DNA from: Microthyrium microscopicum
Lineage: Eukaryota
Reading direction: 5' to 3'
DNA: 64,000 bases
Assembly: GCA_010405405.1 (NCBI GenBank)
Contig: MU004230.1
Location: forward strand, 778,627 to 842,626
Below, one piece after another: positions 1-11,782 of this stretch (position 1 is its first letter; each line of letters opens with the position of its first letter). The notes under the pieces were generated by a model. That model did not search any database. It saw nothing but the letters and a program-made list of their open reading frames with translations, and was not told where the DNA came from. The translations under genes and the position numbers were made by a program.

Positions 1-1119
1 GATGGCTCAGATATTCCCCTGGATCCCCTGACATTCGATAACGACAATGAGGATGTGAACGATGATTCAGCATCCAATGGGCTACTACAGAATAGAATTG
101 GATTCAACAAGTACAAAGAACCGGGCGCTGTATCACCAGCACTCCAACTCTCGAATCAGATATCTTCCAAGGGCGTCGGTATTGGCTATGCTGCAGCAGT
201 ATTTGTGCAAATCCTCAGTATTGGTATCATCCTCCTTTACAACAAGTTCAGTACAGCGGCAACAACTCAGACTTGGCCAATGCGTACTGTGTTATTCATA
301 GTCGGTCTATGGTGGGCCTGCTTTACCTTTCCTACAGCATGGTGGCTCCATCGAAGACCTGGACCCCCATTACCAAGTCAAACAGTCTCTAGGAGTGGAA
401 TCCGGGGTGGCATTACTTACATTATTTTCGCCTGGTCCTCGCTCTGGCAAACCATGAAAATAGCAATGCAACTTCGACAGGTTGTTCTTTTTCTCATCGC
501 CTGGTTCGTGCTTTCGGATGGTATTGCAACAATATCTGGAACAGCTATTCTCTTCGCTCGCACCGAGCTGGACCTCGGCACTGCTGGTGTAGCTGTCCTT
601 TCTATCACTGCCACAGCTTCAGGCATTCTAGGAGCATTCTACTGGCCTAAGATTGGCAAGCGATATAACCTAAACTCAATATCTGTCGTGATAGCCTGTG
701 TCATCATATACGAGATTGTACCACTCTACGGACTTGCGGGCTTTCTACCATTCCTTCAGAATTTAGGAGTTGGTGGCCTTCAACAATGGTGGGAGCTCTA
801 CCCGCTCGGTTTTATACTAGGATTTGTTATGGGAGGAATTTCGTCTTATTGTCGTTCCATCTATGGCGCACTCATTCCACCTGGTATGGAGGCTTCTTTT
901 TATGCTCTGTATGCTGTCACGGACAAGGGAAGCTCAGTGATCGGCCCAGCTATTGTGGGGAGAATTATTGATGCGACTGGGTCTGTCAGAATGGGGTTCT
1001 GGTTCCTAGCTGTTGTAATGATATTACCAGCTCCGCTATTCTGGCTTGTTGACGTGGAGAAGGGGAGGATTGAAGGAATTGAAATGGCATCACGTAGAGG
1101 CAAGCGACGATTAGGATGA
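1..1119 (+). CDS. ATG22: Autophagy-related vacuolar efflux MFS transporter Atg22 (5' part outside window)
   Basis: Frame open from base 1. Multi-TM protein with Atg22 motifs ISSKGVGIGY, FLIAWFVLSDGIATISGTAILFA and FYALYAVTDKGSSVIGP. Confidence 0.9.
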   Translation, partial: DGSDIPLDPLTFDNDNEDVNDDSASNGLLQNRIGFNKYKEPGAVSPALQLSNQISSKGVGIGYAAAVFVQILSIGIILLYNKFSTAATTQTWPMRTVLFIVGLWWACFTFPTAWWLHRRPGPPLPSQTVSRSGIRGGITYIIFAWSSLWQTMKIAMQLRQVVLFLIAWFVLSDGIATISGTAILFARTELDLGTAGVAVLSITATASGILGAFYWPKIGKRYNLNSISVVIACVIIYEIVPLYGLAGFLPFLQNLGVGGLQQWWELYPLGFILGFVMGGISSYCRSIYGALIPPGMEASFYALYAVTDKGSSVIGPAIVGRIIDATGSVRMGFWFLAVVMILPAPLFWLVDVEKGRIEGIEMASRRGKRRLG

Positions 1120-1524
1120 CGAGTATGTATGTATGAATGAATTGATGGCATTTCCCATTCTCTTTTGAAGGAAACTGCATGTCCTCGTTATGATCGCCGG
1201 ATGTCCATTATGGTCCCATTGCTTACCATTGCCGCAGCCTATTGGCTCTGCAAAAAAGTATCACCATTGCAAGAGTATGAAGACAATGGGATGGAGTTGG
1301 GATCGTTATAAACTAGTACTAAACGAGCAGACATATACCGCTGAGGTAAACAATACTGCTCCAAGTCTGAGCGGACAGTTTAATTACGACCTAGCTACGA
1401 CTTGGCATGGTATAATTTTGGTAGTGGGTGCGGTGGTGGGGTCGAAATTGGTGCTTCAACCACAACTCGATCGTGAAATCTCCTGAATGACTTCGACTCA
1501 TTAAACCCTATCAACTCCTATAAA

Positions 1525-3421
1525 ATGTCTGCTCCACGTCAGGACCTGGCCAGTCTTCTGAAGCAGACCAATCTCAACGACCACAGCGAAATCTTGAAGG
1601 CCGCCAATGCATCGCTGAAGAAATCCAAGTCCGATATCACGGCCCACCACGCGCGCCTAATTGCCCTTTTACTCCTCGAGCGCTATGATGACGCCGCCAA
1701 GGTCGCACAAGATGATTCACCGAAGCTAAAGCAAAGCACCTGGGAATGGCTCTATGCTGGCTATCAAAAAGACGATCTTGACCATGCAACGTTAAAATCT
1801 CCACAAGACCAGCCCCGTGGTCTTCTTCACCTTCGCGCGCAAGCTGTATGTAAACATGCAGTACATGTTTCTTAAGTCAATAGCTAATCGATGTTTCTAG
1901 CTTTACAGAGCGGAAAAGTTTACAGAAGCTGCCGAGATTTACGACGAATTATCCAATGGCCCTGAAGCAGAAGCCGAAGAGTTCGACTTGAAAATAAATA
2001 AGGCTGCGGTGGAAGCACAGTTAGAATGGAGTTCTCCCGGAAATTCGACCCGAAAGCATTCGAGAGAAGATATGGACACTTTTGAAAGTGCTTTCAATGC
2101 CGCGTGTGGTTGTATCGCGCGGCGAGATTTCGTTCCGGCACAGATACTGTTGAAGAGAGCAGAGCGTCAGTGTTTATAGGGCTCAATTCAAGACACTTTG
2201 CTAATGAGCGCTCAGAATTATGCTCTAGCTCCGATGATCTTTCTGACGACATTAAAAAGACAGAGCTTCCCCCAATTCTCATTCAGCAAGCATATGTTCT
2301 CTCCACACTGGGAAAGCATGAAGAAGCCACTAAACTGTGCGAAAGTCTAGCTATCAACGAGTAAGTCTATGAAGATTCGTTACTCTACGATAAACTAACA
2401 CTGAAACAGTATATCAGACTTACCGACTCGCCATCTAGCATACGTCAACTATCTCTCGTCCAAGGAAACTAACCCCTATCTCGCCCACCGGGGCTTTTAT
2501 TCAACACCCGCTGCCTCGTCCAAAGATAGGCCTTTTCAATTCCAAAAGTCGATACTAGACTCCAATGCCGACACACTCAACTTCCAAACCCACAAAAGCT
2601 CAGCGATCACAGCTTCCTCCACCGATTCGCCGTCCACTATTCCTCAACTACTGCTCGCTGTCCAACTCGCCGTGATAGGGAAGAAATCAGCCCACGCAAC
2701 CACCCTAATTGAGAACTTCATCAAATCCGATACCGTTCCTGAATCCACGCGCCGTTCTCCAGGTCTTATCGCCGTGCTCACCGCCCTTTACAACTCCCAA
2801 TCTCGCAATTCGGAAGCTCGCTCAACCTTACTCTCCGCAGCCACCCATTCTGCTTCCAGCAGCACCCCCAACGCCTCCCTTCTACACGCCGCTGGCGCCG
2901 CCCTCCTCGCCACCGGCAACGACACTGATCTCCCTGCAGCTAAAAAGCTCTTTACCAAACTACTTGACCTCAATTCATCCGACAAGCGCGCCGCCGCCGG
3001 TCTCGTCGCCTGCGGATCTACCGACAAACACCTGTTGTCCGCGCTGACGCCCGCCTCACGTTTAATTTCGCAACTCGACGCCTCTGCCCTCGAAGATGCC
3101 GGCATCCCGCACACGAAACCACCCACAGCACCGACCAAGCGAGCCGCACCAGCTGGCCAGACGGGCGGACGAAAGCGCCGGCTGGCAAAGAGTCGCATGC
3201 CTAAGGATTATGTGGAGGGCAAGCAGATGGATCCAGAGCGCTGGCTGCCGCTGAAAGACCGCAACTCATGGCGGCCCAAGGGACGGAAGGGCAAGGCGAG
3301 ACAGGCGGGCTTGACGCAGGGAGGACCAGTCGAGGAGAAGGAGACAGCTGCGCCGCGAGCGGGTGCGGAGGTAGCAAAGGCGCCGCCAATGAAGAAGAAG
3401 AAAGGGAAGAGTAAAAAGTAG
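1525..3421 (+). CDS. SRP72: Signal recognition particle subunit SRP72
   Basis: Four exons (introns ~1846-1900, ~2166-2215, ~2361-2409) splice in frame. TPR-like N-terminus; C-terminal signature PKDYVEGKQMDPERWLPLKDRNSWRPKGRK. Confidence 0.93.
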
Positions 3422-4053
3422 AGATATCACAACTTTGTTCATGGCAACAGTTTGTGCAATACAAATGGCACCGTTGCATCAAATGTGCTGTCTACCATCT
3501 CCTACGCTCCATCATTACACAGTTTGTGTAAGGTCCTTTACTCTCCCTCATATACTCTGGCAGTTTGAAGTATCCTACAGTTCGTAAAGTGCGATGGGAG
3601 ACATCCTACTTGATGCGAGCGCGCCTTGTATTTGCCATTTTTGACATATCACGAATATGACGATGAACCAAAAATCACTGCTAATCCATAGCATTACTAT
3701 AATGTGACGCTTCGGCTATGAGCAGCCAAGGCTAATGGTACATAAAAGGCCATAAAGCCATTATAAATCTTTTGAATGTGTGCTTCTTGCACTACATTAC
3801 CCAACTCATTAAGAATGTGTAAACAAATTTGCAAAAACTCCTAGCCAATGCCTTGTCCGATAACTTTCCATGCATGCAATGGTATCAACCGAAAGTGTAA
3901 ATCGATCAGTAGCAAAAATCTTCCATCCGTGAAATATGCAAAATTGCTGCTCCTTTCTCAACATTAATACATGTCGTGTTGTGTCCTACACTGATACCTG
4001 TCATATTATGCCAACCTGTGGCAGGGGCCGCGACCTGTGGTGTGATGCCACTA

Positions 4054-6326
4054 TTAGTGGATAGTGGTCTTTTTGGTGGTTTTTGTGATGGTGGTCTTCG
4101 TCATGCCTGACGGCTTTGAGGCCGTGACGACTGTGACCTTGGTCTTGGTAGTGGTCTTCTTGGCCTTCGCTGCGACTCGACTGGCCTTTTGGGCCTCCTT
4201 CCACTTGTCGTCCCACTCTTCCTCGACAGAACGCCAACCTTTCCAGATACCACCCTTTACGGGGGCCTTTTTCTCGGATTTGACCTTCTTGTTGCCTTGA
4301 CTTGAGGGAGCGGGAGACTCACTGTCAAGTCCAGACTCATCGTCGGCTTTGCGCTTGTTGGAGCCCATCACTCGATTGATGAGACGGTGATCCATTATCC
4401 GAATCTCGCTATCATTATCGCCCTCACGTTGAGACTTGGGCCAGATGAATCCATAGAGTTTGCTATGGCGCTCACATCGTGGACATTCAATATGTGGCTC
4501 GTACGCGTTCTCTTGGATGAAATCCCCAGTGCAAGTAACACATTGGAGCTGCTTCGAATGAGGAGTTGCTAGCAAGGCCTTGGATGTGAGATAATCTCCA
4601 GGAACGCGTGCTCGGTGAGGCTGGTCGGCCTCCTGGATAGTGTGACGCTTGTTGCGCCGAGTTTGAGCCTTTACAGGTCGCGCGGACTCTCTCAAAGACT
4701 CGATGCTGCGACGAACTTGCTCCACAATCTCCGGATCATGTTCCATGTCCGAGAGAGACGACAAAGCATCTTCGTCTTCATCAAGTGTTACGGACGTGGT
4801 GACGGCTTGAGTCGTCTCCTCAACAATTTCAGTGGAGGGAACAATTGTCGCATCGCCGTCTTCGTGTGCATTCGGAGTCTCGTTGTCAGTGATCTCTGCG
4901 GCGAGAATGCTGTCCACTGTATTGAGCATGCTTTTCTGCACATGATCATGGTCGTCCGCGATTGAGCTCGCAGGGGTGGACTTGGGGGATAGGGGAGTTT
5001 GTATGGCCTGGAGTGGTCCCGAAGAGGCTGAGTCAGACTCATCAGATTTGTGGTCCAGAAAATCGGCGAGGCGCTGTAATTGCGACTTAGGCTTCGCGAT
5101 GGTTCGAGGAAATTGAGTGACTTCAGGCTTATCAAGCAGGTCCAAGGCTTGTGCAACGCTTCCGAATTCAGACTCTTCTTCCTTGACCAGTTCGGATGAT
5201 GCACCAGTGACAGTATTGAGCTCTGGTACGATACTTGCGCTCTTCGACGGCGTAAGTTTTAGACGTTTCTGCGGTACACTCATGCTTGATGAAATTGTGT
5301 GTTCAATTTTGCGCTTTGGAGAGGCGACCACGAATGCAGGAGTACTGCTTATACTACGATCAACAGAAGTCTTTCGACGCTTCGATGATTGTTCAGCACC
5401 AGGGGTAGCAGTGCCAGACGTACTCTTTCGCTGAGATTGGAATTTTTCAGAGGCTTTTGTAAGCTCGGCAGAAGAGGATTCTCGCGCGTTGGTTGTACCC
5501 TCAGGTGCCCAACCGTTGACCTGCTTCTTTTCGCAAGTTACGCAAAGACATTCGCAATTGTCCTCGCCAAAGTAGTCATCGCTGTACTTAACAGTGATCT
5601 CTTCACCAATTCTAATGGGGCGCTTGGCCACAACGTCCATTCTATGGCTGTCGTTCGAAACAAGCTCCGCATTGGCGTCACAATCGTGATTGGCGAACCG
5701 CGCAGGACCGAGGAAGAGAGACATTGTCTTTTTTCTATTAGAATGGACAATGCTGAAAGAGCGACGCTTCAAGTCCAGCTCTTTCTCCTCTTCAGGCGAC
5801 AGGGTGACCATAGTACCGCATAGATATTTGATCCGCTCCTTGTTCGCAATATTCTTACGCGCAGTGACAGACGCTTCCTTCTCGCAGATGGTATAGCGGT
5901 TGGTGGTTGTGACCTCGAAGGGCGACTCGGGAAGGTATATGCGGACATATTTTTCGAGATGTCGCTGGAAATTGGTGAGGTCGAAGTTGGAGCGCAATCT
6001 GGAAGTATATTTCTTGAATGCCGGGAGGTTTTGCAATTGCTGCATGGTGGCTTTCACATCGCTTCGAATGACAATGTTCTCTTTCAAGATCTTGATGATA
6101 TCGTTTTCTTTGAGTTGGCGTTCGGGCTTGTAGTAGCCATGGTTTTTCCGGATGGTGGTCCAGAAGAAGACCTAGCGCATGGTTAGTGTGATGCTCAAGG
6201 CAGGCGCAAAAGCAGAGATCAACTAACGTGATCCACCAGCGCGTCAGTTATAAAGTCGTCATTTTCCGCAAGCTGCTTGTACCGTAGAGTGGCTTTCTTG
6301 GACAAGGTATCTGGATTTGGTGCCAT
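4054..6326 (-). CDS. set9: Histone H4K20 methyltransferase Set9/KMT5
   Basis: ATG at 6326 (MAPNP...LAENDDFITDALVDH), intron ~6172-6227, then VFFWTTIRK. SET motif FLGPARFANHDCDAN, post-SET YFGEDNCECLCVTCE, C-terminal CPRCERHSKLYGFIWP. Confidence 0.93.
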
Positions 6327-7153
6327 GCTTGCTCTTCGATCGAAGATGAGATTAAGCGGTTGCAGTGGAGGTGCGGGAAGTGGTTGGGGGACGAGGGAAA
6401 GGGATTGTTGTGAAGAATGAATTGTCGGTTGAAGATATCATAAGGAACCAAAGCTGAAGCTAGCGCGTGGAGGTCGAGGCAGCTACGAGTCCAATGGTCA
6501 CTTCCAGAGTTAGAGGGGGGGTATCCAAGTTCAGCCTGTGTTTCTTCCTTTAATCGTGGTGGGAGAGGGCGAGTATCAACGCCATAACAACAGTTGGTGT
6601 GCAAGATCAAGAGGTGGACTCGCAGATTCGCAGACTCGCAAGTGAAGACAGAAGAGCGAGCGCAAGGTTGGGGAGTGCCAGATCAAATGCAGGGCTGTTA
6701 CGCCCCGGTTCCCGCTATTCCTCTTTGGGATGTGTTGATGTCGGAAGCGGGCCGCACTGATCACTTCCAGCCCCCGACCAGTCTTCCCGAGGTTCCAGGG
6801 CCAAACCATTCACCTTCAAATGTTTTTGGTGTTGAGGTGACTGTCTGGCTCAGCCTTGTAACGGTGTCTAATTCCGGCAATCAGGTCGTCTTGTGAAATT
6901 GATATATAACTTTGCAAAGTTCGCAACCTTTTTCTGACGGCCATAAGATCACTTCTCCGATTGCAAGTACGGAGTAGAATTTGGAAGATCGCGTGCGGCT
7001 AAGGTGTGAATTTTCGCCTCAGACCACAATACCTGAAGTCCAAGGCGTACAGACTGCAGCCTTATTAATATCAAACCCACCAGTCGACAACGTCAGGTTC
7101 GACCAGTCATTCATCCAATATCAACTGTTTGTATCCGAGTGAATCTTCGCGAA

Positions 7154-9070
7154 ATGGCCTCTATCACCCCGGAGATTGTTCAAAAGCCGCTATATGTTTT
7201 CCAACTGCCGGAGGAGCTCCTTCAAACTTTAGTCCGCAAGACAAACGGATCAGCAATCACTGAGGAGGCGGCACCATCCAAAGAGGTAGAATCTCAGCCG
7301 GAGCAATCGGAGATCGTCCAAGAATATGACAAAAAGGATGCAGCGCCTGCCAAAGCAACTTCATGCAATCTTTGTGGACTTTCTTTTCCCACTCTCCAGG
7401 AACAACGCAGTCATGTCAAGTCAGATCTCCACAATTACAACCTAAAGCAAAAGATAAAGGGATTCAAACCTGTGACTGAAGCAGAGTTTGACAAACTCAT
7501 TGGCGAGCTTGACGAAAGCATATCCGGCTCAGAATCGTCTAGTTCTGAGAGTGAAGCAGATGACAAGGCCCAGGACAGCACTCTTACAGCATTATTGAGA
7601 CGACAGGCCAAGATATCGAATCCAAATGATCAGCCGGAAGTTAAACAAGAAACTGTGGGTCAGCCGTTGATTTGGCTTGGATCTTCATCTCTACCACCAA
7701 ATATCTCCTTGGGCGTGTACCGAGTACTATTCTCCAAAGATGAGCTGGACGATGTGGTGCCCTTAATTCAACAAAAACAATTCGCTCCAATAGTTCAGGG
7801 CCGCAAGTTCGGAACAAATGTCGCTCCAGCAAATTCAAATACTCCAACATATTTTCTTTGCATGATAGGGGGTGGTCATTTCGCCGCCATGGTCGTATCC
7901 CTGGCTCCCAAACTTGTCACCACACACAAAGGCGCCCACGATCGCCAGGCCGTTGTTTTGGCTCACAAAACATTCCATCGCTATACCACCCGTCGAAAGC
8001 AAGGTGGTGCTCAATCAACCAGCGATGCGGCAAAAGGCGCTGCCCACTCAGCAGGCTCCAGTCTCCGACGTGCCAACGAAGCAGCCCTGGCCACTGAGAT
8101 TCGCGCACTCCTAGCCGAGTGGAAACAACTCATCAATGATTGTGAACTCGTATTCATCCGCGCCACAGGCAGTACGAACCGACGGACCCTCTTTGGTCCC
8201 TATGACGGCCAAGTCCTGCGCTCCAACGATCCACGCAACCGCGGCTTCCCCTTTACTACTCGACGAGCCACGCAATCAGAGCTAACACGCGCCTTTGTCG
8301 AGCTTACCCGAGTCAAAGTCAGTTATATCGACGAAAGTGCACTCAAACAAGTCGCAGCGCCAGCACCCGTCCCAGTCGACAAACCAGCTGCCCCTAAAAA
8401 GGTCAAACTATCCGCAGAAGAACAAGCAGCTCAACTACACACGACACAACTCGCAGCACTCATCAAACGCGCCAAAGTTCCAGCGCTCGTATCATACATC
8501 AGCACCAACAAGATCGATCTATCCACCTTCACATTCTCACCTGCCAACACACACACGCCTACGCCTTTACATCTGGCAGCCTCACTCAGTAGCGCGCCCG
8601 TAGTGACAGCTTTACTAACCCGCTGCAATGCCAATCCCACTACCATCAATGCAGAGTCCCATACCGCTATATCACTCACTCGTGACCGCGCCACCCGCGA
8701 CGCATTCCGTCTAGCTCGCCATACACTCGGTGAATCCGCCTGCGACTGGACAGCAGCTGGCGTCGGATCAGCACTCACGCCCGCCGAAGCTCAGGCACGC
8801 GACGCAGAGGAGAAGAGCGCGGCAGATGCAGAAGCAGCCAAGGAGACGATACGACGCAAAGCAGAGACAGATCGATTACGAAAAGCAGATGTGGACAAAG
8901 AAGACGCAGATCGCGAGAAGCGTGTGGGCAAGGGGCAGGTGCTGGGAGAGATGAGTGGCGCGGAGAAGAGAGAGGTACAGGCGAGAGGCATGACGCCGGA
9001 GATGAGGATGAAGTTGGAACGGGAGAGACGGGCGAGGGCGGCTGAGGAGCGGTTTAGAAGAGCTGGTTGA
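7154..9070 (+). CDS. VMS1: Vms1/ANKZF1 ribosome quality-control factor (C2H2 finger, VLRF1 domain, ankyrin repeat)
   Basis: Single ORF. CNLC...HVKSDLHNYNLK zinc finger, MIGGGHFAAM, HKTFHRYTTRRKQGGAQS, ankyrin TPLHLAA, C-terminal VIM-like RERRARAAEER. Confidence 0.93.
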   Translation: MASITPEIVQKPLYVFQLPEELLQTLVRKTNGSAITEEAAPSKEVESQPEQSEIVQEYDKKDAAPAKATSCNLCGLSFPTLQEQRSHVKSDLHNYNLKQKIKGFKPVTEAEFDKLIGELDESISGSESSSSESEADDKAQDSTLTALLRRQAKISNPNDQPEVKQETVGQPLIWLGSSSLPPNISLGVYRVLFSKDELDDVVPLIQQKQFAPIVQGRKFGTNVAPANSNTPTYFLCMIGGGHFAAMVVSLAPKLVTTHKGAHDRQAVVLAHKTFHRYTTRRKQGGAQSTSDAAKGAAHSAGSSLRRANEAALATEIRALLAEWKQLINDCELVFIRATGSTNRRTLFGPYDGQVLRSNDPRNRGFPFTTRRATQSELTRAFVELTRVKVSYIDESALKQVAAPAPVPVDKPAAPKKVKLSAEEQAAQLHTTQLAALIKRAKVPALVSYISTNKIDLSTFTFSPANTHTPTPLHLAASLSSAPVVTALLTRCNANPTTINAESHTAISLTRDRATRDAFRLARHTLGESACDWTAAGVGSALTPAEAQARDAEEKSAADAEAAKETIRRKAETDRLRKADVDKEDADREKRVGKGQVLGEMSGAEKREVQARGMTPEMRMKLERERRARAAEERFRRAG

Positions 9071-9221
9071 TTGAGTCACGTTATGAAATGAAGCACTATT
9101 GCACGACAGAAGATTGATTTGAGGGAAGAATGGTATTGATATTGATTGATGCTATGGATGAATATATGAATGGTAGGCTATGGATGATTGAAGCAATGGA
9201 GATGAATAAATCGATGGCGAA

Positions 9222-9422
9222 GAATGCGTAAAGATGAGGATGAATCCGTAAAAATGAGGTTGAATGCGTAAAGATGAGGATGATTGCGTAAAGATGAGGA
9301 TGAATGCGTAAAGATGAGGATGAATCCGTAAAGATGAGGATGAATGCGTAAAGATGAGGATGAATGCGTAAAGATGAGGATGAATTCCGTAAAGCTGAGG
9401 ATGAATGCGTAAAGATGAGGAT
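9222..9422. repeat. Minisatellite, 10 tandem copies of 20-bp GAATGCGTAAAGATGAGGAT
   Basis: Counted directly. Head-to-tail copies with 0-3 differences each and one 21-nt unit; degenerate GAATGAATCAATGA-type continuation to ~9490. Confidence 0.97.
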
Positions 9423-10399
9423 GAATGAATCAATGAAGAAGAATAAATCAATGAGGATGAATGTGTAATGATGCGGTTGAATGAATCAATGGGGAAGAAT
9501 GTGTAAAAATGCCAGTCCAGCGTCCAGTCCAAGTACCAGTTCCAGGATCCAGACCCAGTATCCAGGTCCAAAAGAGCAGTGCCACGAGCACTTTGGAGAC
9601 ACCACGAGGCCTCTGGCAGACACGAGCTGCGTCCCAAACGAAACCACCAATCCTCCAATCCAAACCTCATCACCCTTCTCGGCCATCGCAGCCATCGGAG
9701 TGGTCGTTGGGTGTCGAGTTCGGCATCGACCACCCAATTTGGGGTCAACCATTGAGCATTCGAACGTTAGCAGGCAACTTAGCAATCAGGAAAAGGGGAG
9801 GGGACTTACCAATCTTGGTGAATGAGCTTCACGGGCTGGGGATCACCGGGATCCAATCGAGGTACCTAAAAGCTAGAGAAGTTTTCACGTGAGCAAATGA
9901 ACAAAAGCACTAAAAACCTACCGTGGGAGGCAAAGTCAGTACCATCCAGACCAGTCAGACCAAGGGGCCGGGACCAGAAGGGACCAGAGACCAGAAACGA
10001 CACTGGCGATGCTGAAGTTGCCAACAAAAGGATACTGAGATAAGAGGATGAGAAAAGCACAACCGAACCAAACGAGTGTCCATGTTGATATCCTGTTTTT
10101 GGTGTGGATGCAGATATCCATCAGGAGGGGGCCACCCATCGCTGACTTCAATCCTCACCACGGTCCTGGAAATCTCGGCCTCCCAACCGAGAAGTTCCAG
10201 AGTTGAAAAAGTTTTGAACCATTTTTTTGGGGATATATGGATGCCTCGACTTATGCGAGGGGGGAATAAGGCGACTTGGGCCGGTAACGGATTAAAGGCG
10301 CGGAATAGGCCATGTCGTAAAGCGTTCCCTGGGTGTGACGGCCCAGGTGTAAGAAAGGGGAAAGTCGAGATGAAGAATGATTCGGTTTGTCGGACCGAA

Positions 10400-11782
10400 T
10401 CAAGGGAGGGGAAAGGCGAGATCCGTGAACGTCGATGCGTCCACTTCCATCCACGGTAGAGCCAGGGAGGGCGGTCTGGGGAAGAGAAAGGGGAAGTCGA
10501 AGGTGGCTATGTGTACCGGACACAAAAGCCGAGAGCCAGGGATGAAGGCCTGGGTTGAGGAAGAGGGAAAGGCGAAGTCCAAGGATTTTCCACGCGTCCG
10601 CTTGAATCCAAGGGTGGGTCCGGAGGGTGTCGGTCCAGATGAGATGAAAAGGAGGGCGAAGTGGCTTCTGTATATCCATAGTGCCAGAACCAGGGGGTGT
10701 CGGCCTGGGTGAGAAGGGTGACTGGAAGAGAGGCGTGCCTACTGAGAGAAAAGCGACCGAAAGGCGCGAGCACTGAGTGCCCAGGCGCTTCGAACGGCGC
10801 TTCCAATCGAGGAACCAATGGATGAGACGAAGCTGGCAACACTCCCGTTGTCGGACTCCCCATAGCTCGATGCTGATGAGGCTGGGCGAGAGTGTTGGCC
10901 GACGAATCGTTCCATTGGCGTGAGGCCGCGAGTGTAGGTGCCATCGTCGAAGGGTTGACAGGCTTCGATGGCAGCGTCGATCCTCGCTTCCAGCTCGGAA
11001 GGGACATCTTCCAAGAAGGTAATCCGGATGGCAAGCAAGGAGTTCAGGTACTGGCGGCAGAAGGCTTCGTCGCCAAGGCGACGACCTTGCCAGAGTCCAG
11101 CTTCGCTCAAGGCTGCTTCCGCATCCGGGATGATCGACCCAAACTCGAAGAAGATCCAATCCAAGTAGACAGACTAGGCCTCTTGGAAGGTATCGTTGAC
11201 AGGACGACGAGTTTCGGTGGGATTCGCAAATCCGACTTGGAATCTGGTGTGGAGTACCATGCCGGTAGCCCAAGTGCCTGAGATCCAGACCCTCAAAGGG
11301 AAATCACGCTCGTCCCAGGTGGCAGCGGAGCTTGGCTGCACAAGCAACCCAACCTCTTCAGATTGGAAGTGTCGCTCGTTGAGAAAGTCCACCTGGCGGG
11401 GAAGACGGAGAGAGCGGGGATCGAGAACCGGGAACTCGGAAGGAAGGCGATGATGAGATGCCACAGGGAGACGTGGTTCGCCATCAAGTTCGGGGCAGAG
11501 GTTGTGTTCCATGGCCGGCATGACATATGAGGGCTGAGATGGAGTGCGATAGTCGAGGTTCATTCGAGAAACATTTGAACCAAGACGACCGGAAGCATGT
11601 TGGGAGAACACAAGGCTTCTGGTAGAGGCGGCAGAGGCGGTAGAGGTGGCGGTGGACATGCGAGACTGATACTTGCTGGTGGCTGGCCGAGCAAGGCTTC
11701 TGCGCATGAGAGAGGAATGTCGTGCAGTGCTGGCCAATGACCTGGCACTTGATGCATACATCGAGGAAAATGATGAAGACAT
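10400..11782 (-). pseudogene. Orphan Ser/Arg/Pro-rich ORF interrupted by in-frame TAGs (gene, edited gene or pseudogene)
   Basis: Pyrimidine-rich leader then gcaATGtct at 11782. ORFs 11174-11782, 10739-11164 and 10400-10582 share one frame, broken only by TAG at 11174-76 and 10739-41. No family recognised. Confidence 0.5.

Noticed and set aside
9222..9422. CRISPR array or telomeric repeat
   Set aside because: Head-to-tail units without spacers, no cas genes, eukaryotic context, and not TTAGGG-like.
9152..9748. 198-aa ORF with SSSLRIHPHLYAFILIFTH repeats
   Set aside because: Translation artefact of the 20-bp array, with a non-ATG start.
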